DNA from: Zygnema circumcarinatum SAG 698-1b
Taxonomy: Eukaryota > Plantae > Zygnematophyceae
Reading direction: 5' to 3'
Assembly (NCBI GenBank): GCA_037447605.1
Contig: CM074818.1
Span: forward strand, 62,001-126,000
DNA length: 64,000 bases
A program made the translations under genes and the position numbers. Below are positions 1 to 11,578 of the stretch, in pieces. Numbering within the stretch: the stretch's first letter is position 1; each line of letters begins with the position of its first letter. Below the pieces are notes generated by a model. The model saw only the letters and a program-made list of their open reading frames with translations, had not been told where the DNA came from and searched no databases.

Positions 1-343
1 TGGAGCCGCAGAGCATGGCCATGCTGGCCACAGTGCACCAAAGCAGCAAGAAGAAGGCGGCAGAGCCAACCCTAATCAGGGACTGCAAGCCCCTCTCCAT
101 GCTCCTAGCCGCCATAAGTGCCAACGCCGCCACCAGGGCTGCTCCAAATTGCAACCAGGCCTTGGTGAGGGGCCACGCGGCAGCCACAAGGGGCAGGATG
201 GCGTCCAGCCCCTGCAGAAGACGTGATCGGACGGCTGAAATTGCCTCCTCCACGACCACCTCCGCCCGACGGACGGTCGGACGACCTCCATAGCTCCTGC
301 TGCTGCCTCCGCCGCCGCCACCGCTCTTGCTGGACCTCGCCAT
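1..343 (-). CDS. Putative membrane protein, 5' part only (runs off window start)
   Basis: ATG at 343 opens a stop-free frame to position 1 (MARSSKSGGGGGGSSRSYGG...WLQFGAALVAALALMAARS...IRVGSAAFFLLLWCTVASMAMLCGS) with two hydrophobic segments; telobox-like AAACCCTA at ~350-367. Absent from the ORF track because no stop lies in the window. Confidence 0.35.
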   Translation of the reverse strand, partial: MARSSKSGGGGGGSSRSYGGRPTVRRAEVVVEEAISAVRSRLLQGLDAILPLVAAAWPLTKAWLQFGAALVAALALMAARSMERGLQSLIRVGSAAFFLLLWCTVASMAMLCGS

Positions 344-1350
344 GACTGAAACCCTACAAACCCTAAAATGGCTCCTGCAACCCTGACAAAAGCGCCGACC
401 CTCAAAAGTTCCTGACCTTACAATGACAGGAGCATGAGCCGTGCTTTTGGACAGTCCAAAAAAAGGAAGAAGGAACGGGAAGCGAAGCGTGGCCTACCCG
501 GCAGCCATGAAACTCTAAAAACCCTAAAAACCCGCGAGGGCGCTCCTGCGCTCTTTTGAAAGGAAAGGGGTCGAGGCGGCCATGGACAGGAAGGGAGGGA
601 GGGGGGAAGGGTGCCACGAAGCTTCCTCGAACTTGCGGATAAGGATGCATACAGTTCGTCAGACACGACAAAAAAAGTACCGCTCGTGTGAAATGTTGTC
701 GTCACAAATGAAGTGTTTCGTCATTGCTGATGTCATCGGTGTGACGTGGCTGTTGTGTTAGCGCACGTCATGCGGCGTAAAACGGAGACATGGAACAGCG
801 TCGCTGGAAGGCATACGAAGGGCGATAAGGCGACGACGATATGATGGCAGTGGGGCTTTGGCAGTGGCGATTTCGAGGGAAAAATGCTGAATTTAGGTCA
901 TTGTGTTTGTTGTTAGTCGCAAAAAAGTTTCATAACTAAATCAAGGTTTAAGTTGAGCTTTGAGTGGAGATAAAACACCAATCATAATAAGAAATAAAGT
1001 GACAGATGGCAAAGACCAGCGCTCAGTCAGTCAGTGAAAACCCCATCAACCTGTTTGTTGAGGAGGAGAAGTTGTGTCACGACATGGAAGAAATTATTTG
1101 CTGGAGAAAGGGGTGTCTCCCATATCAAACTCTCTCGGGGCTTCGCCATCTGAGCTACGATAACTCCTACAGGACACTCCCTCTCCCTTTTCCCCTCCCG
1201 CTGCCTCTCCCGCTCCCGCTCCCCTCCCTTATCCGCCCCCACTCACTCTCTCTGCTCAAACGGCCTATCGTACAAGTCCTTCACGACCCATGACTATCTA
1301 CTCAGCGCATCCCAGCAACCAGTGAGGTGACTTCTTATTTCATTCAGTAC

Positions 1351-2670
1351 TTACACATTATTCGAACACAACTCGAGAAGTTGCTGTATGCTCTCTTTTG
1401 AATGGCCGGCTTCTATCGCCGTTCTCACAAAGAGCATGCGCCGCTCCTCCGCCTTCGCCGCCTGCTCCGCCTCCCATCGACGCTTCGCCTCCACTCGATC
1501 AGCCTCCAGCCGCGCCTCTTCTATTTCCTTCCATTTTCTCGCCTCTTCGCGAGCCGCAGCCAGCCGGATCTCTTCTTTCTCCCACTTCTCTTTCTCCCAA
1601 TCGAGGTTCTTTAAAAGAGCTTCCGCTTTTTTGCTCAAAGAATCCTCCAGCATGGCAGCCATCAACGTCTTGTTCTGCACATGTATACAAACTAGACATC
1701 GTAAACCTTGTGAAGGAGGGAGGTGGAGATTAAGTAAAGACGAGACGGACGACAAATACGATTGTCCACAAAGAACGGGATAGGAAGAAGTATTGGCATT
1801 CAAACTGTAAGGCTCTGCAGGTTAGGGTTTCAATTCAGCAACGGTGTACAAATCACAATGTAAGATATAAGGCTTTTGCATTATGTTGTACGGTTTAGGG
1901 GTGCGAGATTCAAGGTTCTTCATGAGCGTCACCTTTGAAGACCATTCCAGAATGCTTGCTTGCTTTGTGCGTCGCGTTTCCCTGTTCTCCGTTCCGCAGT
2001 TCGTATCCTCCTCGTCTTCCGTGTTGTAATCTTTCTCCTCCTCTCTCTCTGGCGGCCTGCGATACTCTTTCCGGCATTCAAGCCTTCCGACCGCCTTCCG
2101 CCTGTTGCGCTGCATCGTCGAATAATCTTCAAGCGCATTGTTGTTCTCGAGTTTGTCGGAAGAATCTAAAGCAGGGTCTTTTTTTCTGAATAAATCGAGC
2201 ATTCTTCCGTAATGTTCACATTTTTTTTCTAATTTCTCCCTCAAAGTAGAATAGCCCGCTTCTTTGTCTTCGTCTGTCGCGCCAGCTCTAGAAGAAATCT
2301 TGAGTTCAGCCCATGCTTTATTGAACTTCATGAAATGATATTCCCAGCGGTTCCTCATTTGCTTGGAATTAAGGTTGATTCTTCCGTTGCTGTATTCAAA
2401 TAGATGCTTCGCCATCATCGCAAAACCATTAAATCTAGTGTTTTTTAAACCGTTCACCTTCGTTTTCCTTCCTCCGAACAATCTACAGAAATTTTTCGGG
2501 TCCTCCAGCCAGCTAAGCATTGCATCAAAGTCGTCCTTTTTCATTTGTTGAATCCTTTCCCCATCGTGATCTTTGGTATTTGCCACCTCATCCCCTCTAT
2601 CTTCAATATTTTTTTCGGTTGTTGCTTTCTCACTTGACCCTTTCCATTGCCTCCATGTGCCAGCAGCCAC
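1351..2670 (-). CDS. Myb/SANT-like (trihelix) DNA-binding protein of the PIF/Harbinger transposon ORF1 type; 5' end uncertain
   Basis: ORF 1822-2670 has W-x-E-x-P-x-NF ... KQMRNRW ... AGATDED ... EKLEKKCEHYGRMLDLF. A phase-0 intron 1675-1932 (AAG|GTGACG ... GTGCAG|AAC) joins it to a charged coiled-coil exon ending ..GHSKESIQQLL. Family assignment is from motif recollection, not a search. Confidence 0.55.
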
Positions 2671-3549
2671 TTGTTCCTTTTTGGACTAGTGGAAGGAAAA
2701 CAGCCAAAACAACAATACATCCGGTTTTCAGTATGCATTGTCATGTTCACTTTTGAAGCTTACTAGTCCAGGTCACGGTTTAACCTTGTGGGTGAAAGGC
2801 AATGGGTGAGCATCTGTGAAAGAACGTACGCCTTCATTCGTTTCATAGCCTTCGCTGGCCTCCTCCGCCGTAGGTGGGCGAGGTAGCATTATCCACATCT
2901 GCAGCCAATGAGGACGGCAATGCGCGCATTAGCAGGGAGAAGGAGCAAAGACCTGGAGTGAGAGATCCACATGGTGAAGGCGAGAGAGAGCGCGTCTGGG
3001 AACAAAGTGGAAGGAAAGAGGACGCGAGAGGGGAGGGTTAGCAGTAGGGCTCGACCTCGTCTGTTGGGCGAGCAACTTGCCTAGCGCCACCCGGAGTCCA
3101 AGGAAGGGTTGCCAGAGGGCAGTCCTGAGACCCAACAGCACCGCTTCAGTTAGTACCCGCAAAACTCACACGTATCGACTGCCATTCGCTGGTTTACAGT
3201 TTCAGCGTTTAGGGTTCCATGCGGTGCCGTACCCCATCTGAGGAGGGGGAGCCTTGGGTAGCGCCACCCCCTGCTGAAAGGCTTTGTTCGTTGTCCAGTG
3301 TGCATGTCGGAGTGGAGGACCTTGGACACGCCGACTGAACAACACCAGCTGCAAGAGGGAGGGGACTGCGCTGAAGAGCAGACAGGGACTTAGGGCGATA
3401 GGGCTGCAGAGGCAGAGAGAGGGAGCAACGGCGAGAGGAGACTGAGCGAGGGACGGTGAAGCTAGTGCAAAAGGAGGGATCGCAAAATTGATGAATGCAG
3501 AGACTGGGATAGGAGGGAGGGCCTCTATTCAGTATGTGCGGCTTCGAGG

Positions 3550-3740
3550 GGTAAGGGTTCAAATTCGGGGTCGGAGAGTACACCATCTCAGAGTTTCAGG
3601 TTTCCAGTTTCTGGGGTCAAGTTTTACGGTTGAAAGAATCAGGGTTCACCATTTAGGGTTGCAGAATTCAGGGTTTTAAATGTAGACCTTGAAGGTTTTA
3701 CGGAGTTGTCGGGTTCAGGATTCTAAATCTTAAGGTTCAG
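3550..3740. repeat. Cluster of degenerate telomere-like AGGGTT motifs
   Basis: About six (A/C)GGGTT words including TTTAGGGTT at ~3652, not in tandem register. Confidence 0.25.
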
Positions 3741-4462
3741 TTCAAACATTAGCAACAGCAATGGGGCAAAGTCGAAGGGAATGAAGCTGCAACAAGGGAG
3801 GTGACGTACTGCGTTCGTGGGAGGGAGGTCTTGCACTCCGTCAGCCACAGGCGAGCGCGCGGCTTGCTCAAACCCGTCCTGAGATAGAGGACCCCCTCCA
3901 CCACATCAGTTAGTACAACTGCTAAAACGACACAAAAACGTGTAAAAAGGCTTGAAGAGGCGGAGGGAGAGGAAGGAAAAAAAGAGAGAACGAGCAGGGT
4001 AGAAGGACGAAGAAAGGGAGGGAGATGGCAAAGACAAGGTTTGCAGACAGGCTAATACAGAGAAAAAGGCAGCACTTGGGAGTTAAGGGAGAAAAGTAAG
4101 CGAGGTGGCGAGAGAGAAGACGGAGAGTGAGGGGGAGATACAGGAACGCACGAACTTATGAGGGACAATGGAAGCGACCTGCACGAATGAGCATGAGAGG
4201 GGCCAGGGAGAGAGAGAGCACCGTGAGCCTCGGCGTTGCCGCCATAGCTACAATGCGGACTTTCTTGCGCTTGCTCGTGTGTTATTGTCGCCCCCTTTGG
4301 ACCCACGACCCCAGGTGAAGCGTCCTTTGGATTTGGAGGAGTTGTCGTGTGAGACTTCAAGTGCAGCCCTACAAAATCACAGATTCAGAATGTTGAGTTC
4401 ATTATTCCCACCAGCAAGCAACAACAGTGTCTTGCAAACTAGGACACCTGCTGCAAATAGGC

Positions 4463-4636
4463 TGCATGACAGCTTTACATGCCGCTGGTGTGTGCTGGTA
4501 TCGCAGCTGCATGCCGCTGCCGCTCCTGCATACTGCTACTGCATGCTCTTATTGCAACTGCATGGTGCTGCTGCCGTTCATGCAAGGAGCTGGTGCATGG
4601 CGCTGCGGTAGCACATGCGGCGACTGCTACTGCATG
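4463..4636. repeat. Degenerate CTGCATG-rich tandem repeat containing 7 RY cores (CATGCA/TGCATG)
   Basis: TGCATG at 4463, 4508, 4540, 4559, 4594, 4631 and CATGCA at 4579. Confidence 0.5.
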
Positions 4637-5306
4637 GTACTGTCACTGCCACTCCAAGAAAAAAAGAAGTCCAACCATATAGCTTGGCTTCTCTCTACAA
4701 TTCTAGATTCCAAAATAAAATCTCAACACCAGCCCAAAAAACTCCGCTCCTTCGAAAAACTCGACGCTCTGAAACTCGCCAACCCTAAAATCCCATTATA
4801 ATCGCAAACAGTCCACATTTACCAAAGCCATCCGAAAGCTGCGAGCAGCGTACCATCGCGCGCCTCCAGCAGCGCCTGCCGTGGTGCCCTCTGCGCCCTC
4901 TCCCGCCGCGCTGCAGCGAGCGCGCGCCTGCCCCCCGCCGGAGCTCGCTGCCGCCATGGCTGCAGACGAAGGCCAAACAAGACCTTTGTCAGAACCTTCC
5001 AAAACCGGCCCGCCTGGTAGGTACTGGAGAACAACCCTCCGTAATGGGACAAAAACGAGTACTCTTAATAGATATAGATATTCCTGTATAAGAGTACTGA
5101 TTTTAAACTAAGGTTCTAGGAAGAGAATAATCTTACGTTCGATTTTTTATTGAATCTGACCTGTCAGACTTGACCTATTTATGCCAGTCAGTAATACTGA
5201 AGGGAAAGTCCCTCAGTTCAATGCCAGAACGAATACTCCGGACAACCTTACGGTAGTCACGATCCAAGTTAACAACAGTACTAAGTTTGAACACATAGCT
5301 AGCTTT

Positions 5307-5754
5307 CACTGAAGAATGACCTTCCGTTTCAATTTCGTTTCAAAAATCTGACATGCTCTTCCGTATGGTAGTGTACGGTCCCATGTCAGACTTAACAATA
5401 TATCGATACTGACCGATACGTTTTTTTTTGTTTTTTCGAAACCAGGCAGCGACTGACGTCCACCGCCGTACGCGTGCCCCCTACCGGTATCGGTTACCGT
5501 ACGGTACGGCAACCGAAATACCGTATTTTTTTGTATAAAATTGTACGGTTGACGGTACGGTTTCGAGTCCGGGCGGCAGTGGTTGTTGGATGGCCGCCCC
5601 CCCCCCCGGTTCCCTGCTCCCGTTCCGTGCAACTGCCGCTCCGCCATGGAGCCACATCCAAAAATTAGGGTTCTCCGCGGGCCACCTCCCTCACCGAATT
5701 TCCGCACGTGCGAAGTGTCACTTTCGAACTGCGTACTGTGCCCTTCTTCCAGTG
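5307..5754. mobile_element. Possible non-autonomous CACTA/CACTG-type element
   Basis: Begins CACTGAAGAA, ends TTCTTCCAGTG (imperfect TIR, one indel), flanked by TTT on both sides (3-bp TSD-like); internal CCGTAC/GTACGG repeats; no coding capacity. Confidence 0.3.
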
Positions 5755-6019
5755 TTTCGGTTCGAAGAAAGGGTCCCACTTCAACCAAAGTACCGATTCG
5801 TATTTCAAACTCTTGAAGGCCTTCAGAGCATTCTCCTCGCCCTGCCAAACATAGAATCACTCTTTTATGGCGAGAACCTTGGAATGAAGGTAGGCTGAAA
5901 TGCGAGATTACGATGTACGCATTGTTTGTTTGGTGGAGACCCTCGGGACCGTTATTGGCAAGTAACGGCATAGCAGGCGGAAACCTAACTGCCAAAACTG
6001 ACTGCCTTGGAGGGCGGCT

Positions 6020-9000
6020 ATGGTTATGGAGGAGGACGCGGCAGCCATGGCGGCGGACGAGAGGGAGGAGCGGCCGGAGGGGGAGTCGGACGCGCTGTCT
6101 GAACCCCGCAGCGACGCCAAGCCCGACCTGGAGCAGGACCGCGTGAAGGGGCCGTGGAGTCCTGACGTAACCGCCTGTCTCACTCTCTATCTCTCTCTGT
6201 CCCTGTCGGTCTCTGTCTCTCTCTCACCCCCGCTCTTCCCCCCTCCCGCTCATCAGGGCCCTTTCTCTTCCGTTCTCGCTTTTCGCTTGCTCTCTCTCTT
6301 CCGCTGCCTCTCTTGCTTGCCATTGCGTTTCGTTTATCTCGACGTCCCATCCTTTTCCCATCCCTGACCTCCCCCCTTTACTCATCACCCATTATTCTTT
6401 GCTGGCTCTCTCCGTTCTCTCCTCTTTCGTTCCCATCTTTTTTGGCTTTCTGAAGAACGCGTGTCCTCCTGAGCGTTCGCTTCATTGTCTGCTGCTTTTA
6501 CGCCTTACCAATAATGTGATGAATCCTGAACGAGAATGAGGGTCGGAGGGTGCGGCCTTAGACTGCTGATGACGAGCATCTTGTTTTGGTGGCGCAACTC
6601 ATTTTGAGAGTTTTACCAACCCAACCCTTCCATCCCCCCGGCCTCCCTCGCTCTCCTAGCTTCTCTCTCTCTTCCTCTGACCCTTCCCCTCTCTCTCTCT
6701 CTCTCTCTTTCTCTCTCTTCCCCCCCCCCCCACCTCGTCTCTCTCTCATTCCCTCCCCTCTCATTTCCACCACGCAGACTTAGTTATACGTGAACTAGTG
6801 TGAGTGACCTTCTTTGTGGGCACGACGTTCTCCCTGCTCAGTTTAGGAAAACTGAAGAGATTGTTCTGAATTGGCTGCCCCTGGTGTAGGAAGATGAGAG
6901 TCTACGTGCTGCAGTCAACCATTACGGTCCACGGAATTGGAGTCTTATTGCAAAGAAGATTCCAGGGCGTTCTGGAAAGAGTTGTCGCCTAAGGTTAGTG
7001 AAAATTTGTCTCTTTTGTCATGCCCCCCCTTCAAGGAAAATGTCAATTCAAGTGGCCTGGAGTACGCGAAGCAGCAGGGGTGTATCATTAAATTAGTGGA
7101 TTTGTATGCATGTTTGTTGTTAAGGTGGTGCAATCAACTGAATCCAGACGTGAAGAGGATGCCCTTTACTGAGGAGGAGGATGAGAAGATCATTGAAGCA
7201 CACGCTCGCCATGGCAATAAATGGGCAGCCATAGCTCGATACCTTCCAGGCCGGTATGGTCTCTTGTCTTTCCGTAGAGGTGAAGCCCACCTTAAGAAGA
7301 GCCTTTGAGTTTGGGACTTGGGTTCTGGACTCCAAAATTGCTTTAAAGTTTGACTGCATTTTCTCATACCGCGCTTCATCCGGTCTCTTTGGTTGGCTTG
7401 AATACCGGAGCTTCAAACGCGCGATAAGTGTGATAGGCAGGAACTGAGTCCTGCATTTCGTCTTTATCCTTTCAGCGCATAGTTGAGACATGTTGCCTTC
7501 AATAGTCCCTGGGAATGATCAGGACGCGAATATCTAGAGAGGAGGCACACAGCCCTTTGAAGCCTTTGGGTTTCCCAGACCTCCACTAACCGACCATAGC
7601 TGGGATGCATGTCTTTGGATGCGATAGAACTGATAACTCCATTAAGAACCATTGGAATTCTACACTCAAGAGGAAGCACGCCCACTTCAAGCAGACTGAG
7701 GTCTCAAAATCGAATAGCAGCGCAGATAGCGCTTCCGAAGCGACTGGAAATGGAGCTTCACGTAGATCCAATTTGAAGCGGCATGGTCCAAGCCCTCCAC
7801 ATGATGGAGGGGGCGGAGAGGGGGAGGAAGAAGCTGCAAGAGAGCCAGATTCAAAGCGCGCATGCTGTAAGTGATGCTGCTGGTAATCAATTTAGGGTTC
7901 TCAGAAATACAGTCTTGGATCCCCCTCTCTCATTTTCTGTAAATGGTGGTACACTTTACTTGCGTCTGTACTGTCTTGATGGAATGAGTAACGTTTAGGG
8001 TTACATATCGTCGATTTTGTCGAGCATGTTATGAGAAGCCCGATTAATTTGTTGTTAGTTCTCTTTTTCATTATGAAGCAAAAGTTTTCATGACGAAAAT
8101 GAGTGTTGCATGCATTTCTGTTCTCTGCCCAGCCGAATCAAATTTTTCAAGAGGAGCTGTGGAGACCTACGAAGGAGGGCGGTTGAACGAGCCACTTGGG
8201 CCGGCATCCATGGCGCATATGGGAGCTGCTGCAAATGGGTTCTTCGGGTCAGTGTCACTTACTGCACCAGATCTCTAAGAAAAGAATCTGTTTCTCTGCG
8301 TCTCCTATCCTCTATCTGTCATTTTCGCGTGTCAGTCTCTGATTCTCTTCCTACGCTCTCTCACTGGCTTGACCCCCCCGTTCTCCTGTCCCCTTGCCAC
8401 GTTCTCCCCTTCCTTGCCTGACCTTCGTCTCTCTGCTATCCGTTTCCCTCGTTTCCTTCTCTCGCTCTTTCTTCCCTCTCGCTTTGTGCCCCTTCACTTC
8501 CCTTTTTCTCTTTTTTTTTCCAAATGAGAAGGGTTTGTGCAGGCAGCTTATCTGCCACAAATGTCCGGGAAGCTCACAAACACGCTTCTTTTCTGGAGAT
8601 GCAGGGATCTCCCAAAGGACACTCCCATGCACCTCGTCATGCAGCTTGCGTCTCTCAAATCTTCCATGGGGGGGATCCCTTTACAATCTCAGCCCACACA
8701 GGAATCGTCACATCAGTCTGTCGCCTCTCCTCTCTCCTCCTTCTCTGCACCTCCTCTTCCTGGAATCTCATCGTCAGCCAATCCCGGTTTGCTCCCAGCC
8801 GGCCCCGGCCAGCTGCCTGCACCGGTGGCAACCACAAGGAATCCCACAGCAGCCCTCCTCTCCCAGCTGCTCGGAAGCTCGTCCATGTCTGGGAACTGCC
8901 CACCGCCACCCATTGCAAGGCCTCTCCCAAAGCACGGGACTCTCAGCCATGGATGCGGGAGTCCAGGATGTGTGTCCGGCTGCATGGTATGTGGCATTCA

Positions 9001-11207
9001 GTCGTTGGCTTCTGGGCTTGGCTTGACGGGAGTAGGATTAGGGACTCCCTCAGGGCTCCCAGGGAATGCCCCGGGTCTTGGAGCATTGGGAGCTGCGTTG
9101 GGAGCGGCTTTAGGAGTGGGAGGAGGGTTCAATGCTGCAGGCCTTGGGGGGGCAGGGCTTATGGGGGGGGGGGCTGTACCGGCATTCTCAGGGGGAGGTA
9201 GCAGCGGCGGAGGAGGGTGGGAAGGACTAGGGCTAGGAGGGCTAGCGAGTGCTTTGGGGTCAAGTGCAGGGGTAGGCACAGGGGCAGTTGAGAGGCTGTT
9301 GAACGACCTGATAACGAAAAAGGCAATGGAGATGCTGGAGGATATGACACGAGAGAGTTTGAAAGCGAAAGCGGATCTGATGAAGAGGACTCCGGGTGTT
9401 CCTGGTGGCGGCCTTTCTATGGCCGGACTTTTGAGAGAGGCGGGCTTGCCCAGTTCAGGAGGTGGGGCTTTTGGGAGTTGGGGCCCTCCTGCTCCGAAGG
9501 GGGCGGCTATGGGAGGGTCGTCAGCCCAACCGTGCAGCAGCCAAGTGAGCCACGCTGGCAGCCAGGTGTCAAGTCAGAGGGCGAGCCAGCACAGCGGAGA
9601 AGCACTGCATGCGATGCCAAGTGGCAGCCAAATGAGTGGGCAGGGACAGGTGGCAGTCCCAGAGGCGCCTCTGAGTGGACCAGGGGACGCTTCCTGTCCC
9701 GATGGTGGCGGGCAGTGCTCAGAGGCAGATTTAGGGGCGGGGAATCAGCAACCGCCGGATGGTTCGATTTTGAGTGAGCATCTGGCGATCACAAGTCATG
9801 GAGAAGCCCGGACTGGGGGGGAAGCTTTAGCAGAAGGGGTAGGAGATCAAGGAAGGAATAGCAGCGCCAACTTGGCGCAGAATAATCCAGTTCTGAATCA
9901 ACTGAGTAGTCAGTTAACCGGCCAGCTCAGCAGTCAGATCGCCTCGCAACTGAGTCAGTTGCAAGGGCAGTTTGGCCCGCCACCTGGCGAGCAGCTATTG
10001 GCTCAATGGCAGGCTTTGTTAAGTGGGAGTGGGGGGCCTGCAAGCCCTACAGTGAGCCAGCTGGGGGGCCCTTCTGCCCCTTCCCTGCAGCCCCATACTG
10101 TAAATGGTCCTGCAAGTGTTGCCGGTCACCCTCCCTCCTCAGCGCAAATGGGAGGTTCAGGGCCCCTCCCTGCCCGGTCCAGTTCCGTAGCAGCCATGCT
10201 CGAGCAGCTGCTGGGAGGGGCTGGGGCGGGCTCCAGCAGCCACGAAGGGCTGGGAAGCTTGGCACTGCTGCAGTCTTTGCAAAGTCAGCAAAGTCAGCAA
10301 AGTCAGCAAAGTCAGCAAATTCTGCAAAGTCAACAAAGTCAACAGCAGCAGCTGGGTTCAAGGCTTGGGTCGGAATTAGAGCAGCAGCTGCTATCTCTGG
10401 TGGGGGGAGCTGTAAGGGGTGGTTGGGGAGGAGGAGCTTCTTGGGGTGCTCCCACTACCGCAATCAGTGGCCAGCAGGGGGGTCCTGGGGGACCCCCTTC
10501 ACAGCCAGGCTCTGGTGAGCTTCCTGTCTGAGTTCTATGGCTGTTGATGCTTTTTCTTACTTTATCGGGGAGGAGCATTAAAGTGAAGGGGGCGGGGGTT
10601 TGCTATTGCTGCCTGGCTGCAGAATGGACTGTTGGCTCTAGTAAATGATCGTTGAGCTTGAACTTGATCTCAATGTGTGTGTAGCTTCAGGTACTTTCCA
10701 GACGATCGCTCAGTCTCAGTCTAATTCGTCGTAGAAATAGCGATGCAGGCATTCATGGCCCAAGCTTGAATGTATAAGGCCTGCAGTTGAAGCTTCATGC
10801 AGTTGGTGATGGGAGGGAAGAGTGGTGAATTGATTATTTCCTTCTCTTTCGTCGGGAGTGCGGCGACAGCTGGCAATCTTCATGGCTTATTAATGGACAT
10901 GGTCGCTCGAGAACTTCAGAAATTTCAAAATGCGGCCGCATTGGCCCAAGCCATGAGCACCATCAAGGTACTGTTGGGCGTGCTTGCTGCTTGACAGCTG
11001 CTCTCAGCAGCAAGAATTCTTACGCTGCACATTGCTTGCCTATGGGCATGCGTGCAGTGCTTGACATGATGTGGTCTTTCACATCGTCATGGATGGGGGC
11101 AGGAGCAAATAGAGTCCTCAGCCGCAGCGAACATGTTCTACGATTTTCTCGGGGTCAACCAGAATCATCCGGGGCCGCCCCATCTCCCCCCACACGCTCC
11201 TCAGTAA
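6020..11207 (+). CDS. R2R3-MYB transcription factor, MYB44/73/77 (subgroup 22)-like, with long Gly/Ser/Gln-rich C-terminal region
   Basis: Spliced DRVKGPWSPD|EDESLRAAVNHYGPRNWSLIAKKIPGRSGKSCRLR|WCNQLNPDV...GNKWAAIARYLPGR|TDNSIKNHWNSTLKRK (exons 6020-6166, 6890-6993, 7125-7253, 7628-~7868). Large exon ~8543-10517; terminal exons ~10869-10968 and 11103-11207 are phase-compatible. Exon structure at 7870-8540 is unresolved. Confidence 0.9.
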
Positions 11208-11578
11208 ATGCTCCTGGCTGCTGTAGCCACTCGCTCTCTCTCTCTGTCTCTCTTTCTCTCTCTCTACTCTCCTCTGTCCCTCGCTAGGTCTACAGCCAAA
11301 CGCATGTATAAAAATACGGCTGGGTAAGGGCTGCCTCAGGAAATGAGTTTCAGCAAGCCCTTGCAGCTCTCCCCTTCCTCCCACCCTCCCGCCCCTCTGA
11401 CTGCAATCCCATCCCTGTACTCTCTCTTGCAGGGTATTAAAAAGTATAAGGATTGTTTCTAAAATAATAACTTGGGACTAAAAGTAGGCCCAGTCTCTAT
11501 GTGCAGGATTCGAAATACAATTTGATATCTTAAAGCAGTTGTAATCAAACTGTTATGTGTGTTTTTAGCTTGCTTTTT

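Noticed and set aside
1006-1293. ORF next to the Myb/SANT gene considered as a Harbinger transposase remnant
   Set aside because: No DDE or Harbinger nuclease motifs; half of it is a low-complexity LP repeat.
4941-5000. AAAMAADE...LSEP similarity to MYB exon 1 (possible relic duplication)
   Set aside because: Only two short GC-rich patches with unequal spacing; compatible with chance.
5058-5098. 10-bp inverted repeat AGTACTCTTA/TAAGAGTACT
   Set aside because: Too short and isolated; no TSD or other support for an element or structured RNA.
8394-10578. Numerous overlapping alternative-frame and antisense ORFs here and in other GC-rich exons and promoters
   Set aside because: They are by-products of high GC content overlapping real exons and have no recognisable domains.
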